A stretch of DNA of 63,592 bases, filler included, from Octopus bimaculoides (GCF_001194135.2; 7 parts of 7 records of this genome joined end to end with filler, not necessarily neighbours in it), one strand, 5' to 3'. Shown: positions 50,008-63,592, counted from the whole stretch's first letter. Notes: a model not told the origin generated them from the letters alone. Made by a program: numbers and translations.

Positions 50008-50848
50008 CGTGAGTGCTGCTAGAGTAATCGCAGTTGGAATTTCTAGTCCGGAAAACTGCCAATAAAGTTAACTTGAGCTGTTTTATTTGTGTAAGTTACT
50101 TTATAAATTGTACGTGCGGAAGCCTCTTTTTCTGAAACAGTGCACCCCTAGTGCATATCGATCTATTTATCTCTCTTCCGATCTATCTCTATCTATGTCT
50201 GCTTTATTTATCAATACATCACAATCTATTTGTCTTTCTATTTTTCTGTGTGTCTGGTTATTTATCAATATATTTGTAGCCAGTTATCTATCTATGCGTA
50301 CATCTATTTTTTGCAGACTGTTTATATATATATATATATATATATAAAGTGTATTTTTGATATTCTTTGAGCAGAAGCGAATATTTGAATATTTAGGTCA
50401 ATTTTCCTCCCTGACAAAAAACCGAATACTTCTCATTCTTTTTCACAAAGGTTTCGATTTAGACTAGGAATATCTTCTAAGCACTACTGTCATCATGTTT
50501 ATATATACATATGTGTTACTTTTCTTGCTCTATTGCGTGTTCGTTTCTTTTATGCATATGTGATTTTATATTTAATCTTCTATATAAAGGAATATTTCTC
50601 CTCTGAAAAATCACTTGGTCTACAAAATATTTAATATGTGCAATCAAATGCAATTGATGCAGCGGAGAAAATTGGACAAGGAAAAAATCAACTTTAAGAA
50701 AATCAAGATCTCGGGACTAGTAAAATCCCACTCAGTGAACATTTGGATGTATACGCAACAAGCAAACTAAATTCCTAGTCCCCCCCCACCTTATCGATAT
50801 GTGGGCAATACCACTCACCAAGCACAAAGAAATAAAGAAAAATAGTTT

Positions 50849-50985
50849 ACAGTCCTATATTTAAGAGATGAGTAATTATGTACATTATATACATTTAACG
50901 GATATTTGTCCAGATCTTGTTTGTCATTAACACAACGTTTCGACTGATATACCCTCCAGCTTTCATCAGATGTCTTGGGAAAATT
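50849..50985 (-). mobile_element. Inverted partial copy of the Penelope-like hammerhead module
   Basis: Reverse complement CCCAAGACATCTGATGAAAGCTGGAGGGTATATCAGTCGAAACGTTGTGTT...GGACAAATATCCG...ATATAGGACTGT; same terminus as 32348. Confidence 0.8.
50929..50973 (-). ncRNA. Minimal hammerhead ribozyme motif, copy 2
   Basis: ACAT-CTGATGA-A-AGCTG-GAGGGTATAT-CAGTC-GAAA-CGT-T-GTGTT. Confidence 0.7.
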
Positions 50986-51077
50986 GCATATGGCATAATG
51001 GTTAAGAAAGCGGGATAATAACGCCAAGATTCCGAGTTCGATTCCAAGTAGTGACCTGAATAATAATAATAATAATG

Positions 51078-51108
<31 letters not shown>

Positions 51109-51262
51109 CAGCGAAAAATACTTTAGGAATGAGAACCCAGATTCGAAATTACCCCAAGACACCTGATGAAGGTCGGAGGGTATATCAGTCGAAACGTTGT
51201 GCTATCAAAAAACGAGATGAGGACAAATATCCGTCAAATGTAAATAATGTAAATAATGTAAA
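50986..51262 (+). mobile_element. tRNA head, (AAT)n, hammerhead module (forward copy)
   Basis: A-box TGGCATAATGG 50991-51001; B-box GTTCGATTCC 51036-51045; (AAT)n 51059-51103; hammerhead 51159-51202; tail GGACAAATATCCGTCAAATGT. Confidence 0.8.
51159..51202 (+). ncRNA. Minimal hammerhead ribozyme motif, copy 3
   Basis: ACAC-CTGATGA-A-GGTCG-GAGGGTATAT-CAGTC-GAAA-CGT-T-GTGC. Confidence 0.65.
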
Positions 51263-51362
51263 AATAGTTTATTGAGAAAAAAAACAGTCCACAGCAGAAC
51301 TAGCTATAAGACACATCAACAATATGCGATTGTTCATTCACTTTGAATGTCACCTACAATTG

Positions 51363-51592
51363 CGCGAAGGCGCGTGGCTTAGTGGTTAGGCAGCCCAAGT
51401 AGTGCATTGATCCCTAGTAGTGCATTGTGCTTTTTAAACAAGACAGTTTATTTCACGTTGGGCGAGTCCACTCAGCATTAAGTGTACGCGTGTCGGTGGA
51501 GTGCTCAGTCCCTAAAACGTTATTTTCAAGAGCAGGCTGGTCTACTGATCCGATCAACTGGAACTCTTGTCATCGTAACCGACCGAGTGCCA
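51363..51592 (+). mobile_element. SINE family C (internally deleted)
   Basis: A-box TGGCTTAGTGG; tail CGTAACCGACCGAGTGCC. Confidence 0.75.
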
Positions 51593-53474
51593 GCTTCTAT
51601 CTATAAATGCATAAAAATCTCTGCTGATAAAAGTGATTCATATTTCTCCTTTAAGTTCATTAATTACACTCTAATTTTGATCATATTCAATTTCCTTTAC
51701 TTTTCATAAATTTTCATTAAGCTATCTTTATCTTTCCAGAAGTGTGTGCATGTGTGTGCAGAAGTGTGTGCATGTGTGTGAATCTTGGTGTTTATTAGTT
51801 TGTAAAATGTTACACATGCGTTGATGCGCAGACGTACGCCCACGATCGCGCAGGCGTCCTCTCCTACACACTCGCTTCTTCCTATGTCACCTTCTCCTTT
51901 TCTATATATGTGCTGAAAATTCAACATATTTAATTGGATATTGTGAAAACTTAGCAAGCAAATAATTATTTTTGATTCACTTGAGATTTTTTAGTAATTT
52001 TCAACTGCAGTTATTCAAAATAGCTATGCACTCCAAATAGTTTAAAAGTAATATTTCTTTCTGAATCGCTTCGATCACATTCTGGTAGTAAAGACTAAAT
52101 CATTCACTAAAATAGTTGGTAGATAGATAGATAGATAGATAGAAAAAAAGTCGCTACATCTTTTCAAAATCAGATAATAATATAACAGGTGTTCAAACTG
52201 CTGCTGGATGCAATCCCAAAACTAAAACAACCCTAAATTCGGACGCAAACTTCACCTTTTGTATTCTCTAAATGTCATATAACACATATACTGGACTAAA
52301 GCTTTTTCGCGGCTTTCTCGCGCAGACATCACTTGACCTTAATGGATAGACCTAGCAGAAAACTGTCCGAAAATTGCCTTAATTCACAACTTGGTCAAGA
52401 CCATCCTTCACCAATCAATATGTATGTATAATCAGTAGCGACGTGACCCACGTTCCGTGTATAAAAACAGACTTCATAGGCATTCCTCTAATTAATAACA
52501 CTCCAGGCATGACCAACTCTTAGATTTTGACTTCTGATAGTCCTGGTTTTCTTCCCGAGTTTTGTCTCAACGAGGTTTTGCCCCACAAAAGTGACTTTTA
52601 GTTTGATTTTAGTGGATTTTCTCTTTTATCGACTATCGTTTACGTTCTTAGGATTTTCTATCTGTGTAGCTTGTAACAACAAAGCGCCCTTCCTATGCAG
52701 GATGCCGTGCTATGGGACAACTCTAGACCACGTGGTTGAGAATCAAGCTTCTTTACCACACAGCCACACCGACGCCCTATATTACTCTATAACGCCTTTA
52801 TGCTTTTCAGCACAGTTTGAGAAAAAAGAGTTTGCTACAGTCTCTACAAGGTCGAACGACTGCCACGAAAAGAATCCCTCGTTGGTTGATCTTATTGATG
52901 CTGTTATTGTAAGCATTGTTGTTGTTTTTCTACTTGGTGATGATGATGGTGATGCATTAGGTTTATTGCTGTCGTGGTTGCTGCTGCTGCTGCTTCTGCT
53001 GCTGCTACTGCTGCTAATGTTGTTACTATTTCATAATTGTTTTCATATTTGCTACACTTGATATCAGTACTACTAAAGTTGTTATTTTTATTAGTATTTT
53101 AGATTTTAACCATGTGGTTCTTTTCAATGGTGGTGATGGCATTGATGGTTACTATTGACGTTCCTGTTAATGTCGGTGGTGGTGAGATTATGTTTCATGT
53201 ATTTGTTGATTTATTTTTACGATTCCCGTTGTCTTTATAGTTGCATTTTAAAATTTTTTTATGATATCCTCCTTTCCTTCCAAATCCACAGGTACTTTCT
53301 TTTTTTCTTCTTATTTTTCTTTTTATCATTATTGTCTTTTCTGTTATCCTTATTAATGTTGCTCTTGCTGACATCAACATTCACGTTGTTGTTGTTGCTG
53401 TTGTTGTTGTTAGTACTGTTATATTATTGCTTGTCGTTGAGATCCAGATTTCCGGATTGATTACTATTATTAAA

Positions 53475-53550
<76 letters not shown>

Positions 53551-53825
53551 GTTGTTGTTGTTGTTAAGTTGGATTATTTTAATTCTCCTATTAATATCCC
53601 GCTTGTGTGGCTAAATCAACTGTCAGACAAAGACAGAATTATGAGAATGAGAGAGTGAGGGAGAGAAGGAGAGAGAGACAGAGAGAGAAGTAAAGGGAGA
53701 AGTCGGGTGTGAGAGTGGGAGGTTGATGAAGAGAGGGAAAGGAAGAGTAGGGGAGAAGGAGCAATCTATTGCCTTGAGGTGAGGAACACACTTCTTTATT
53801 TAATGACCTTCCATATAAAAGGAGG

Positions 53826-53866
<41 letters not shown>

Positions 53867-55535
53867 AGAGAGAGAGAAATAAAAAGAAAGAAAGGAAGAG
53901 AGATAGAAAGAAAGGAAGAAATTGAGAAGTGCTCAAGACCAAACGTTTGGTGCTGTCGTCAGGTTTTCGTGTCTTTTCCTGCCAGGCTTCTAATTCTAAT
54001 ATCCGATCTTGTAAAACTTGTGGAACATTTTCGGATGACGTGTCTCTTTATTCTTGGCACTCCTTTTTGTCTCCATCTCTACTTGTCACACCATCAATCC
54101 CCCTCTCTCCCTCATTCTTATTCACTCTTCCTATTATTTTTTGCTTTCCCTAAAATAACTCCAGCTTCTTTTGTTGTCTTTAACAGCAAACCAATATTAG
54201 TTCCAGCAAAAAAGGCATCACATACTGAAAATAGCTGCCTCTTTCTCTCATATTGATAATTAAACACGATGAGACAACACCGACACCTCCATCACCCAGC
54301 ATCCACCGCTCGCAAAGTATAAAAGAAAATGCAAAAACTATTTAATAAATTGAAAATGTAAAAAGCAAATATAACAAGNNNNNNNNNNNNNNNNNNNNNN
54401 NNNNNNNNNNNNNNNNNNNNNNNNNNNNNNNNNNNNNNNNNNNNNNNNNNNNNNNNNNNNNNNNNNNNNNNNNNNNNNNNNNNNNNNNNNNNNNNNNNNN
54501 NNNNNNNNNNNNNNNNNNNNNNNNNNNNNNNNNNNNNNNNNNNNNNNNNNNNNNNNNNNNNNNNNNNNNNNNNNNNNNNNNNNNNNNNNNNNNNNNNNNN
54601 NNNNNNNNNNNNNNNNNNNNNNNNNNNNNNNNNNNNNNNNNNNNNNNNNNNNNNNNNNNNNNNNNNNNNNNNNNNNNNNNNNNNNNNNNNNNNNNNNNNN
54701 NNNNNNNNNNNNNNNNNNNNNNNNNNNNNNNNNNNNNNNNNNNNNNNNNNNNNNNNNNNNNNNNNNNNNNNNNNNNNNNNNNNNNNNNNNNNNNNNNNNN
54801 NNNNNNNNNNNNNNNNNNNNNNNNTATATATATATATGTATATATATATTTCTGTGTGTATGTATGTAAGTATGTATGTATTAGAATTAAAACGTAAATA
54901 TTATAAACGACCGAAACATAAATCTTTAGGCTTTTAAATCTTTAAAAATGACGGTGTGACAGAAAATAGATAAAAAAAATTATAAAAGATTTGATAGGAA
55001 AGTCTTGAAACAACGACAGAGTGACGGAAACTAAATGATCTGGAATATTCGCTTCTGTCAAATTCTAAACGCAAAGTAGAAATCCTTGAACGTTTATTCT
55101 CAGAATAAAAGATGGCAAGGTTAATAATAAAGTGAAAAATAAAGAGTGTTTGTTGCCGATGGCGATTTGAAGAAAGAAGAAAATCCAAACAAGCAAAATC
55201 AGGAAAGAAAAAACACAGAAGAACCGAACCTCGACAACACGCACAGGAATGCTGTTACACACACATACACACAGAAAAATGTTAACACATATATGGTCGT
55301 TTGTATATATATCTACATATATATATGTATATCTATGCATTTATATATGTATGTATATATATATGTATATATATGTATGTATATGTATATATGTATATAT
55401 ATATATACATATATACATGTATATATATATATATGTATGTATATATATATGTATATATATACATTTATATATACATACACACACATATATATACATAAAT
55501 GTATACGTGGTTATACATACATATATTTACTTGTG

Positions 55536-55577
<42 letters not shown>

Positions 55578-56816
55578 NNNNNNNNNNNNNNNNNNNNNNN
55601 NNNNNNNNNNNNNNNNNNNNNNNNNNNNNNNNNNNNNNNNNNNNNNNNNNNNNNNNNNNNNNNNNNNNNNNNNNNNNNNNNNNNNNNNNNNNNNNNNNNN
55701 NNNNNNNNNNNNNNNNNNNNNNNNNNNNNNNNNNNNNNNNNNNNNNNNNNNNNNNNNNNNNNNNNNNNNNNNNNNNNNNNNNNNNNNNNNNNNNNNNNNN
55801 NNNNNNNNNNNNNNNNNNNNNNNNNNNNNNNNNNNNNNNNNNNNNNNNNNNNNNNNNNNNNNNNNNNNNNNNNNNNNNNNNNNNNNNNNNNNNNNNNNNN
55901 NNNNNNNNNNNNNNNNNNNNNNNNNNNNNNNNNNNNNNNNNNNNNNNNNNNNNNNNNNNNNNNNNNNNNNNNNNNNNNNNNNNNNNNNNNNNNNNNNNNN
56001 NNNNNNNNNNNNNNNNNNNNNNNNNNNNNNNNNNNNNNNNNNNNNNNNNNNNNNNNNNNNNNNNNNNNNNNNNNNNNNNNNNNNNNNNNNNNNNNNNNNN
56101 NNNNNNNNNNNNNNNNNNNNNNNNNNNNNNNNNNNNNNNNNNNNNNNNNNNNNNNNNNNNNNNNNNNNNNNNNNNNNNNNNNNNNNNNNNNNNNNNNNNN
56201 NNNNNNNNNNNNNNNNNNNNNNNNNNNNNNNNNNNNNNNNNNNNNNNNNNNNNNNNNNNNNNNNNNNNNNNNNNNNNNNNNNNNNNNNNNNNNNNNNNNN
56301 NNNNNNNNNNNNNNNNNNNNNNNNNNNNNNNNNNNNNNNNNNNNNNNNNNNNNNNNNNNNNNNNNTATGTCGGTATTGTACTATTTAAAGAACTGGCTGA
56401 TATCTCTAGCAAATAAATCGACTGCTTCGTACCTTTGTAAATGGCATAAATGTCTGCATTAAAGTTATTGCCATTTGAATTTGACAATTGGCAACGTCAG
56501 CAATATTATTTCGATTCTATGCACTTGTTCAAATTTCGCTGAAGTCGGCTCTACTTTCATCTTTTCGCAATAAATGAAATAAAGTTTAATAGAGAAAACA
56601 TCCAGAAATATTTGTCTTGTGTTTATCATACAAATAATTTTATTTCGCTTGTAGGGAATGTTTATTAATAAATTTTCTTGATATATATATATATATATAT
56701 ATATGCAATTATATTAATTACCGTAATGCAATTATAATTTAACACTTACAGGTTGGGTAATTCGTTATGAGCACATCAATCAGCAGTGATCTTTTCTAAT
56801 CACTAAGGTGTTATTA

Positions 56817-57084
56817 TAAACGTGGTGTATCCTCCAAGTTCACTATTCTGTTACAGTAAATCCGGTTCCCGTCTCCACACTACGGCGTTAAGGTAAACGT
56901 TTATTACTTCTCATCATTATGATATTAAAGGAGACGGCGTCTCCTTCTAGTCGCTATGACGTTACGATGTCGTCTTACTTTCGTCAGTCCAGTGTTACGC
57001 TAAACGCAGTCTCCCTCTCGTCACAATGATATTAGAGTAAACGTGGTCTCCCTCGAGTCACTACAATGTTACAGTAGCCGTTAG
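56817..57084. repeat. Diverged 37-bp minisatellite, about 7 units
   Basis: Unit starts at 56817, 56856, 56893, 56930, 56967, 57000, 57037, 57074; consensus approximately GTAAACGTGGTCTCCCTCTAGTCACTATGATGTTACA. Confidence 0.75.
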
Positions 57085-57149
57085 TTTATCTATCATTACT
57101 TTAACGCTACAGACGGCTGACTGATAGAAATTTAGTGCCCCACACAAAA

Positions 57150-57335
57150 TGTTTAGCGGTATGTCTTCCAGTTGTATGTCTTGAGTTGAAATTACACCGA
57201 GGTTCACTTTTCTTCCATCTTTTCGGGTTTGATAAAATATATACTCTCTGGTCTGAACACTGTGGTCGGTATAATTGACTGACCCCGTTCCCCTGAAAAT
57301 TTTAAGCCTTGCGCCTATAGTAGAAAGGATTATTA
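57150..57335 (+). mobile_element. SINE family B (degenerate)
   Basis: GAGTTGAAATTACACCGAGGTT...GCCTTGCGCCTATAGTAGAAAGGATTATT. Confidence 0.7.
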
Positions 57336-58777
57336 CATTAAACTTGGGTGCTTTTCTCTGTTTGCTATTCTGCGGTTTGAGGCAATATGCAATATCTGCC
57401 AACGTCCTTGTTTGGAAACAATTTCCTCATTCGTTTTCGTTTATCTACAGTAAAACATTTAAAAGTTGTTGGTGTGCGACTTCATTACAATGATAGAAAT
57501 CCAAGTGCTGTGGTTTGAGGTGAATTGAAAATCGCTGTCCAGGAAATCTGCTAATATACTGATTTGAATTGCTAATCACATACTGATTACATAAATCAGG
57601 TAAATATCAAATTAATCGATTATATAGGCTCTAGGAAACGAAGGGCCCATTTCTGGTCGATTGTAGTAGAATGAATTCATAATATAAAGGACCCATAACT
57701 TAATTACTTTAAAATAATTTTCTCCGGCATTCTACCGATTCTATAAATATATCGAGGTAGATATAATGGACATAATTGATTAAATCTATAGTAGTCCTTA
57801 ACAAATAAAAATTGCTAATCAAACTTTGAATGAAAAGAAAAACAAAACACATTTAAATTCCCACTGATGTAATGGGGTCAGATGATTTAAACGCTAGGCA
57901 TAATGACTGGAAACCCGACTCCGTTCTGACAATTCATCTCCTCTCCAAGTACATATAACCGCAATCATTTTTTTAACCTGAGGGATATTTTCCTCCTAAT
58001 TGATATTGTAGAATTTCAGAGGGACATTTTGGAATTCCCATCAGGAATTTTTTTCTCCATTCCGTAATTTTTTCTCTCGGTGTAAAACATGTAATAGTTT
58101 TGCCTGATATATTTTTCCTAATGTTCCTTTTGAAGATGTTAATATTAAATTAATATAAAAACATTAATGCCATGCAATAAACTCTGTTATATACAAGACT
58201 TTCGTTTTCTTATCGTATGTAGAGGGAAATTGAAATGATGAACCAGAAAAAAAAAAGAAGGTACAGAGGAAAAAAAGTGGGGTAAAGAAATAAGAAATAG
58301 TGGTCGAGACAAGTATTAAATAGTTATTTTTAACATCTGATGTGAGATTTAGTAATATAGATTTTATAATAGAGTCGGCCATTTAAATTATTCTGTTATC
58401 GGAATCATTCTGTCTCATTGAGCAAATATATTTAGATAAATCTAATATATTCTGTTTGCTAGATGGCGCTAGGTTATTTTACTTTTTATTACGTATAGAC
58501 ACTCTTCAATTTAATCTCGGCTTCTCTCATACAACATTCTTCTTTATGTTTCTTTCGTGTTTCTGTGTTGTAGTCACTCCATAATGCAGTTTTTCTAAGC
58601 CATTTCCCCCACGTGTAAACAGCGATTTATTGCTGTTTCAAATTGTATCTCCATTACTATTACTCTGAACTTCACAAACCTGATTTTACAATCTTGTGTC
58701 GTTTTATAGAGACGTAGTTCAGACTTTTGTGTGTTCGCCTGTGTGTATGTGTAAATGTGTGTGTTTCTGTGCGTGCT

Positions 58778-58855
<78 letters not shown>

Positions 58856-60235
58856 GGAGGGAGAAAAAGAGAGCAATAATTGGAATACATATCGCGTTAA
58901 TTTAGTGACAATATTTCTTCGTCCAAGCGTTTAGCAAAGAGACCAATGAAAAGAGAGAAATAGTGATAATGTATATAAATATGTAAAAATTGTTTAAACG
59001 AAATCACACGTGGAAAATAAATGTGTCGTTTGAAATAGATATATAGCCACCATACCCTCTCTCTCTCTCTCTCACGCGCACACACATACACGCACACACA
59101 CACACACATTCACACACACACATACACACCACGTGTGCGCGCACACACACACACACACGTTGTGTGATAAACATTGGAAAAAAAAGCGGATAGTATATAG
59201 CTAGAGTGGATTCGTTTTTATTAAACAATATAACATTAGCTTTAGCTATGTTTCCATTACAGCAGAGCTTCACCGTTGTGCATTAAGAAAATGGTTTGTT
59301 TTAGAATATTTATATGTGTGCGTAACCATTTAAAAGATAAATAAAAAATGTGTGTAATATGCAGTAAAACCGACAAGAGAGGTAACTTCTGATTTTTATA
59401 AATTGGTACCTTCTTGTGTCTGTAGCTTATGCGTATACATTTAATTAGAGAGAAAAGGATGTAATTAAAGTGTAATGTAATTAATGTAGTGCAATTAAAG
59501 TGTAATTATATAATGAATATTACATGTTCTTAAGTGGATGAAGGTTTGCAAAAATTACAAAATGAAATCAAATTATTGGTAACAAAATAAGAAGGTTATA
59601 ATAAATGTACAATGTAGCTAAGAAACAGTGAACTAAGTTATAACTACAGTAATATATGATAAAATGGTTATATGGCTGAAGGAAATTTATAGGTCAGGTG
59701 TTAGACAAAAACCACCCCTTTTTACAGGTAGTCAGCAATTTGAGTTCAGCATCAAACTGGCGCATTACTTCAGTGAATTGGGATGACTGAAACACAAAGC
59801 TGACCCCGGCGAAATTGGGTCTGAAAACATCGAGATCTAAGTACTCTTTGACTCAAGATATTTTGCAAGACTTTCTGCTATTCAAATATTACTATTTGTC
59901 ACGGATGTGCAAAACATGCTAATTCACACGCTTCATCTCCATTTCCAGTTCCCCATGGCAACATGGCATAAGTCGTCAGCATACAATTTCATACACATTT
60001 CAATATGTGTTTTTTTTTGTGTTCTAATAAAACAATTTCAAATTAAATTGAAGGTTTACCCAGTACCATTGGTAGACTAAAACATGATTATTCTTTGACA
60101 AGAATAGCTTGGCAGTGACCTCGAAGCAGCGCTAGATTAAAAGTTATGCAAAATAAGCACCTGCTTACGGCATCGAGGGAAGGAGGGACACCACAGAAAT
60201 AGTAACTGGTTTACGGCACAAAAAAAAAGTCATTT

Positions 60236-60562
60236 TAAGCTTGCTAAAATGACATTCGAGATGCCTTTATCTCTACTAATTTTAGATGAAGATGTGTTAC
60301 CTAAGATTAATTTTGAGGATCTGATAAAAGACTTTGCAAATCAGAAAGTAAGAGGAATCTTTTCATATAAAGATAAAGTGGAAGGATACAAAAATAAACA
60401 TTATTTTCCCTCTTACTCTTTTGTTTCGTATCGAAAAATAAAAGATTATTTTATGGTTTCTTATTGTTTATATTTTGAATTACATAATCTTTTAAAGGGG
60501 GCACCAACATCTTTCAAGTGCTTAGGGCCTCGATCGATCGTCTTAATGAGGCCTTACCTCGA
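60236..60562 (+). mobile_element. hAT transposase C-terminal (dimerisation) remnant and 3' end
   Basis: DEDVLPKINFEDLIKDFANQKVR, followed by GGGGCACC...GTGCTTAGGGCCTC...TCTTAATGAGGCC subterminal/TIR-like sequence. Confidence 0.55.
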
Positions 60563-60683
60563 AGTGCCAGCCAGATGCAAAGTCACTGTGAATCCAATTC
60601 TCTTAAGGAATAAGAGATATGTATGCATGTACGTATATCGTAGAACAAGGTAAGACGGTGTGCACTATTATTTCCCGGCTTAG

Positions 60684-60788
60684 GGTAATATTAAAATGAA
60701 GGTGGAATATCCTCTCTTGTTTGACTTCTGTATAAGCGACAAATTCGATACCGTTAAAGACACACGAAAGGACAACATCATGCCTAAC
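60684..60788 (+). CDS. Candidate exon, 105 nt, phase 0-0 (best exon candidate in the window)
   Basis: Acceptor CTATTATTTCCCGGCTTAG, consensus donor AAC|GTAAGT, open GNIKMKVEYPLLFDFCISDKFDTVKDTRKDNIMPN. Protein not recognised. Confidence 0.5.
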
Positions 60789-61327
60789 GTAAGTAGAAAA
60801 TAACAAATTCAGCTTAAAACATATTTTACAGACATGAGGTCGCTGAATAATAGCATGAACAACACAACATCTCGTCGCACATTTCAATGGTTTTTAGCTG
60901 CACAATATGCTTAAATAAGAAATAATTATATACTAATGGAGAACTTTAAAAATCCTCATCAATTATTATAATAATTACTAGTTCAAAGCAATATGACGCC
61001 GACTCTATTTGCTTTTTTTCATTTGATACTCGTACTGACACGTATGAAGGCAAATACATATACGTACGCTTGCACATATATACACACATATGGATTTATG
61101 TAAATACACACATACACACACACATATGTATGCATAAATACCATAAATACATAGATATGTATGCCAATATGTATATGTAAATATATATTTATATACATAC
61201 ACAAATACGTATACGTATGTAAGTTTTGATATATATGTCTGTGCGTGTGTATTTGTGTTTCTACATACATAAGTGTTTCTATACACATATATGAATATAT
61301 ATATATATATAAATACACACACACACA

Positions 61328-61358
<31 letters not shown>

Positions 61359-61359
61359 T

Positions 61360-61406
<47 letters not shown>

Positions 61407-62971
61407 NNNNNNNNNNNNNNNNNNNNNNNNNNNNNNNNNNNNNNNNNNNNTTAATTAATTAANNNNNNNNNNNNNNNNNNNNNNNNNNNNNNNNNNNNNN
61501 NNNNNNATATATATATATATATATATATAAACACAGAATTCTACAGAGATTAATGGTATAGAGGTATATACTTAGATTTATACAGAACCAAATAACACTG
61601 ACGAACATTCATACATATACGCTAACGTACGTACATACATACATACATACATACATACATACATTCATTCATACATAGACACCCGTACGGATTATGGCTA
61701 GTTAAAATAGCTTAGAAATTTGAGACTGCAAGAGAATCAATTGTGTCAAAAAATGTCTGGTAAGTATGTATTGTTGTGCGATGGGAGACGTAAAATGTGC
61801 CGAGTTGAATAGCAATTAGGAGTATTTTGGTCAGTCTATTCTTCTCCAAATTTTTCACCTTTTCTTTTTTAAACGAATGTTAAGCTTCTTCTTTTACAAT
61901 TGACCTTTTTAAAGACTAGATACTTTGAATAAGTATCTAACACATAATAAAGTAAGATTTCATTTATTTTTCTTCTTTTCTCTTAAAAAAAATGTTTCAC
62001 CCGAACACATTTTAGTTAGATACTAAGTAAACATATATTCTGATATATATATATATATATANNNNNNNNNNNNNNNNNNNNNNNNNNNNNNNNNNNNNNN
62101 NNNNNNNNNNNNNNNNNNNNNNNNNNNNNNNNNNNNNNNNNNNNNNNNNNNNNNNNNNNNNNNNNNNNNNNNNNNNNNNNNNNNNNNNNNNNNNNNNNNN
62201 NNNNNNNNNNNNNNNNNNNNNNNNNNNNNNNNNNNNNNNNNNNNNNNNNNNNNNNNNNNNNNNNNNNNNNNNNNNNNNNNNNNNNNNNNNNNNNNNNNNN
62301 NNNNNNNNNNNNNNNNNNNNNNNNNNNNNNNNNNNNNNNNNNNNNNNNNNNNNNNNNNNNNNNNNNNNNNNNNNNNNNNNNNNNNNNNNNNNNNNNNNNN
62401 NNNNNNNNNNNNNNNNNNNNNNNNNNNNNNNNNNNNNNNNNNNNNNNNNNNNNNNNNNNNNNNNNNNNNNNNNNNNNNNNNNNNNNNNNNNNNNNNNNNN
62501 NNNNNNNNNNNNNNNNNNNNNNNNNNNNNNNNNNNNNNNNNNNNNNNNNNNNNNNNNNNNNNNNNNNNNNNNNNNNNNNNNNNNNNNNNNNNNNNNNNNN
62601 NNNNNNNNNNNNNNNNNNNNNNNNNNNNNNNNNNNNNNNNNNNNNNNNNNNNNNNNNNNNNNNNNNNNNNNNNNNNNNNNNNNNNNNNNNNNNNNNNNNN
62701 NNNNNNNNNNNNNNNNNNNNNNNNNNNNNNNNNNNNNNNNNNNNNNNNNNNNNNNNNNNNNNNNNNNNNNNNNNNNNNNNNNNNNNNNNNNNNNNNNNNN
62801 NNNNNNNNNNNNNNNNNNNNNNNNNNNNNNNNNNNNNNNNNNNNNNNNNNNNNNNNNNNNNNNNNNNNNNNNNNNNNNNNNNNNNNNNNNNNNNNNNNNN
62901 NNNNNNNNNNNNNNNNNNNNNNNNNNNNNNNNNNNNNNNNNNNNNNNNNNNNNNNNNNNNNNNNNNNNNNN

Positions 62972-63003
<32 letters not shown>

Positions 63004-63011
63004 CTATATCT

Positions 63012-63042
<31 letters not shown>

Positions 63043-63374
63043 TATATACACATGTATATATATATATATGTATATGTGCGTGTGTTTATACGTGTAGTAA
63101 TGCTTGTTTTTAAGTGAAAAAATATATAAGCAGTTTAACATTAAATTGAAGTATTACTCTATAGATTTTCGTAGACTAAATATCTATCCATTTGTAGAAG
63201 ACAATGTAAATGCTGACTGAGAATTCGAGGTACTAGCATGTCAACCATTAATAGACTGACGGATTACAGTTGGTAAGCGGAAATCCTTCGATATCACTCC
63301 CATCCCAACCTTATCCCTATAAAGTTTAGAGTAACACATAAATATGTATATTTGTATCTCTGTGTGTTTATATA

Positions 63375-63563
63375 CGAGGGAGTGCTAAAAAGCCTTTGGT
63401 TCTTAGGGTATCCCAAAAGGTTTAACGTTCTGACTTCTTTTACAGGGCTTAGGAAAACTGGTTGCCGCAATCTGAAAGAGATATATACTGAATAAAATCA
63501 TAGTTAACTAATTCTCCTGTATTTTCTTTTACCCAAAGCCAGGAACTTTTCAGTTCCCTCTCA
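63375..63563. mobile_element. mariner-type MITE flanked by TA
   Basis: TA|CGAGGGAGTGCTAAAAAG ... AAGCCAGGAACTTTTCAGTTCCCTCTCA|TA: imperfect TIRs with TA TSDs. Confidence 0.75.
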
Positions 63564-63592
63564 TACACACGCACACACACACACACACACAC

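Noticed and set aside
50986-51058. Functional tRNA gene (also 32506-32563 and the SINE heads)
   Set aside because: A/B boxes are present, but the acceptor stem and T-arm are broken, the ACT anticodon is atypical, and the sequence is embedded in a repeat module.
56817-57084. CRISPR-like periodicity (also considered for 35943-36652)
   Set aside because: No invariant repeat with unique spacers, no cas genes, eukaryotic context.

Overview
Eukaryotic, AT-rich, repeat-saturated DNA with many N-gaps. Its SINE/LINE repertoire looks like Octopus (inference from recalled repeat families). I see no intact recognisable protein-coding gene, rRNA, true tRNA gene or CRISPR array; almost all ORFs in the track are microsatellite or gap artefacts. 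Supported content: degenerate RLE-type non-LTR retrotransposons (R4/Dong-like and HERO-like, all minus strand, clustered in the first 14 kb); CR1, RTE and probable L1/Tx1 remnants; Tc1, maT and mariner fragments; hAT insertions with 8-bp TSDs; and three tRNA-derived SINE families. The most interesting signal is a Penelope-like terminal module (tRNA-like Pol III promoter, (AAT)n spacer, minimal hammerhead ribozyme, conserved tail). The hammerhead plus tail occurs three times and the tRNA head twice; one copy sits directly behind a Penelope-type ORF C-terminus and two form a divergent inverted pair. Three further, unrelated minimal-hammerhead-like motifs are present. A few isolated exon candidates hint at a host gene with very long introns.
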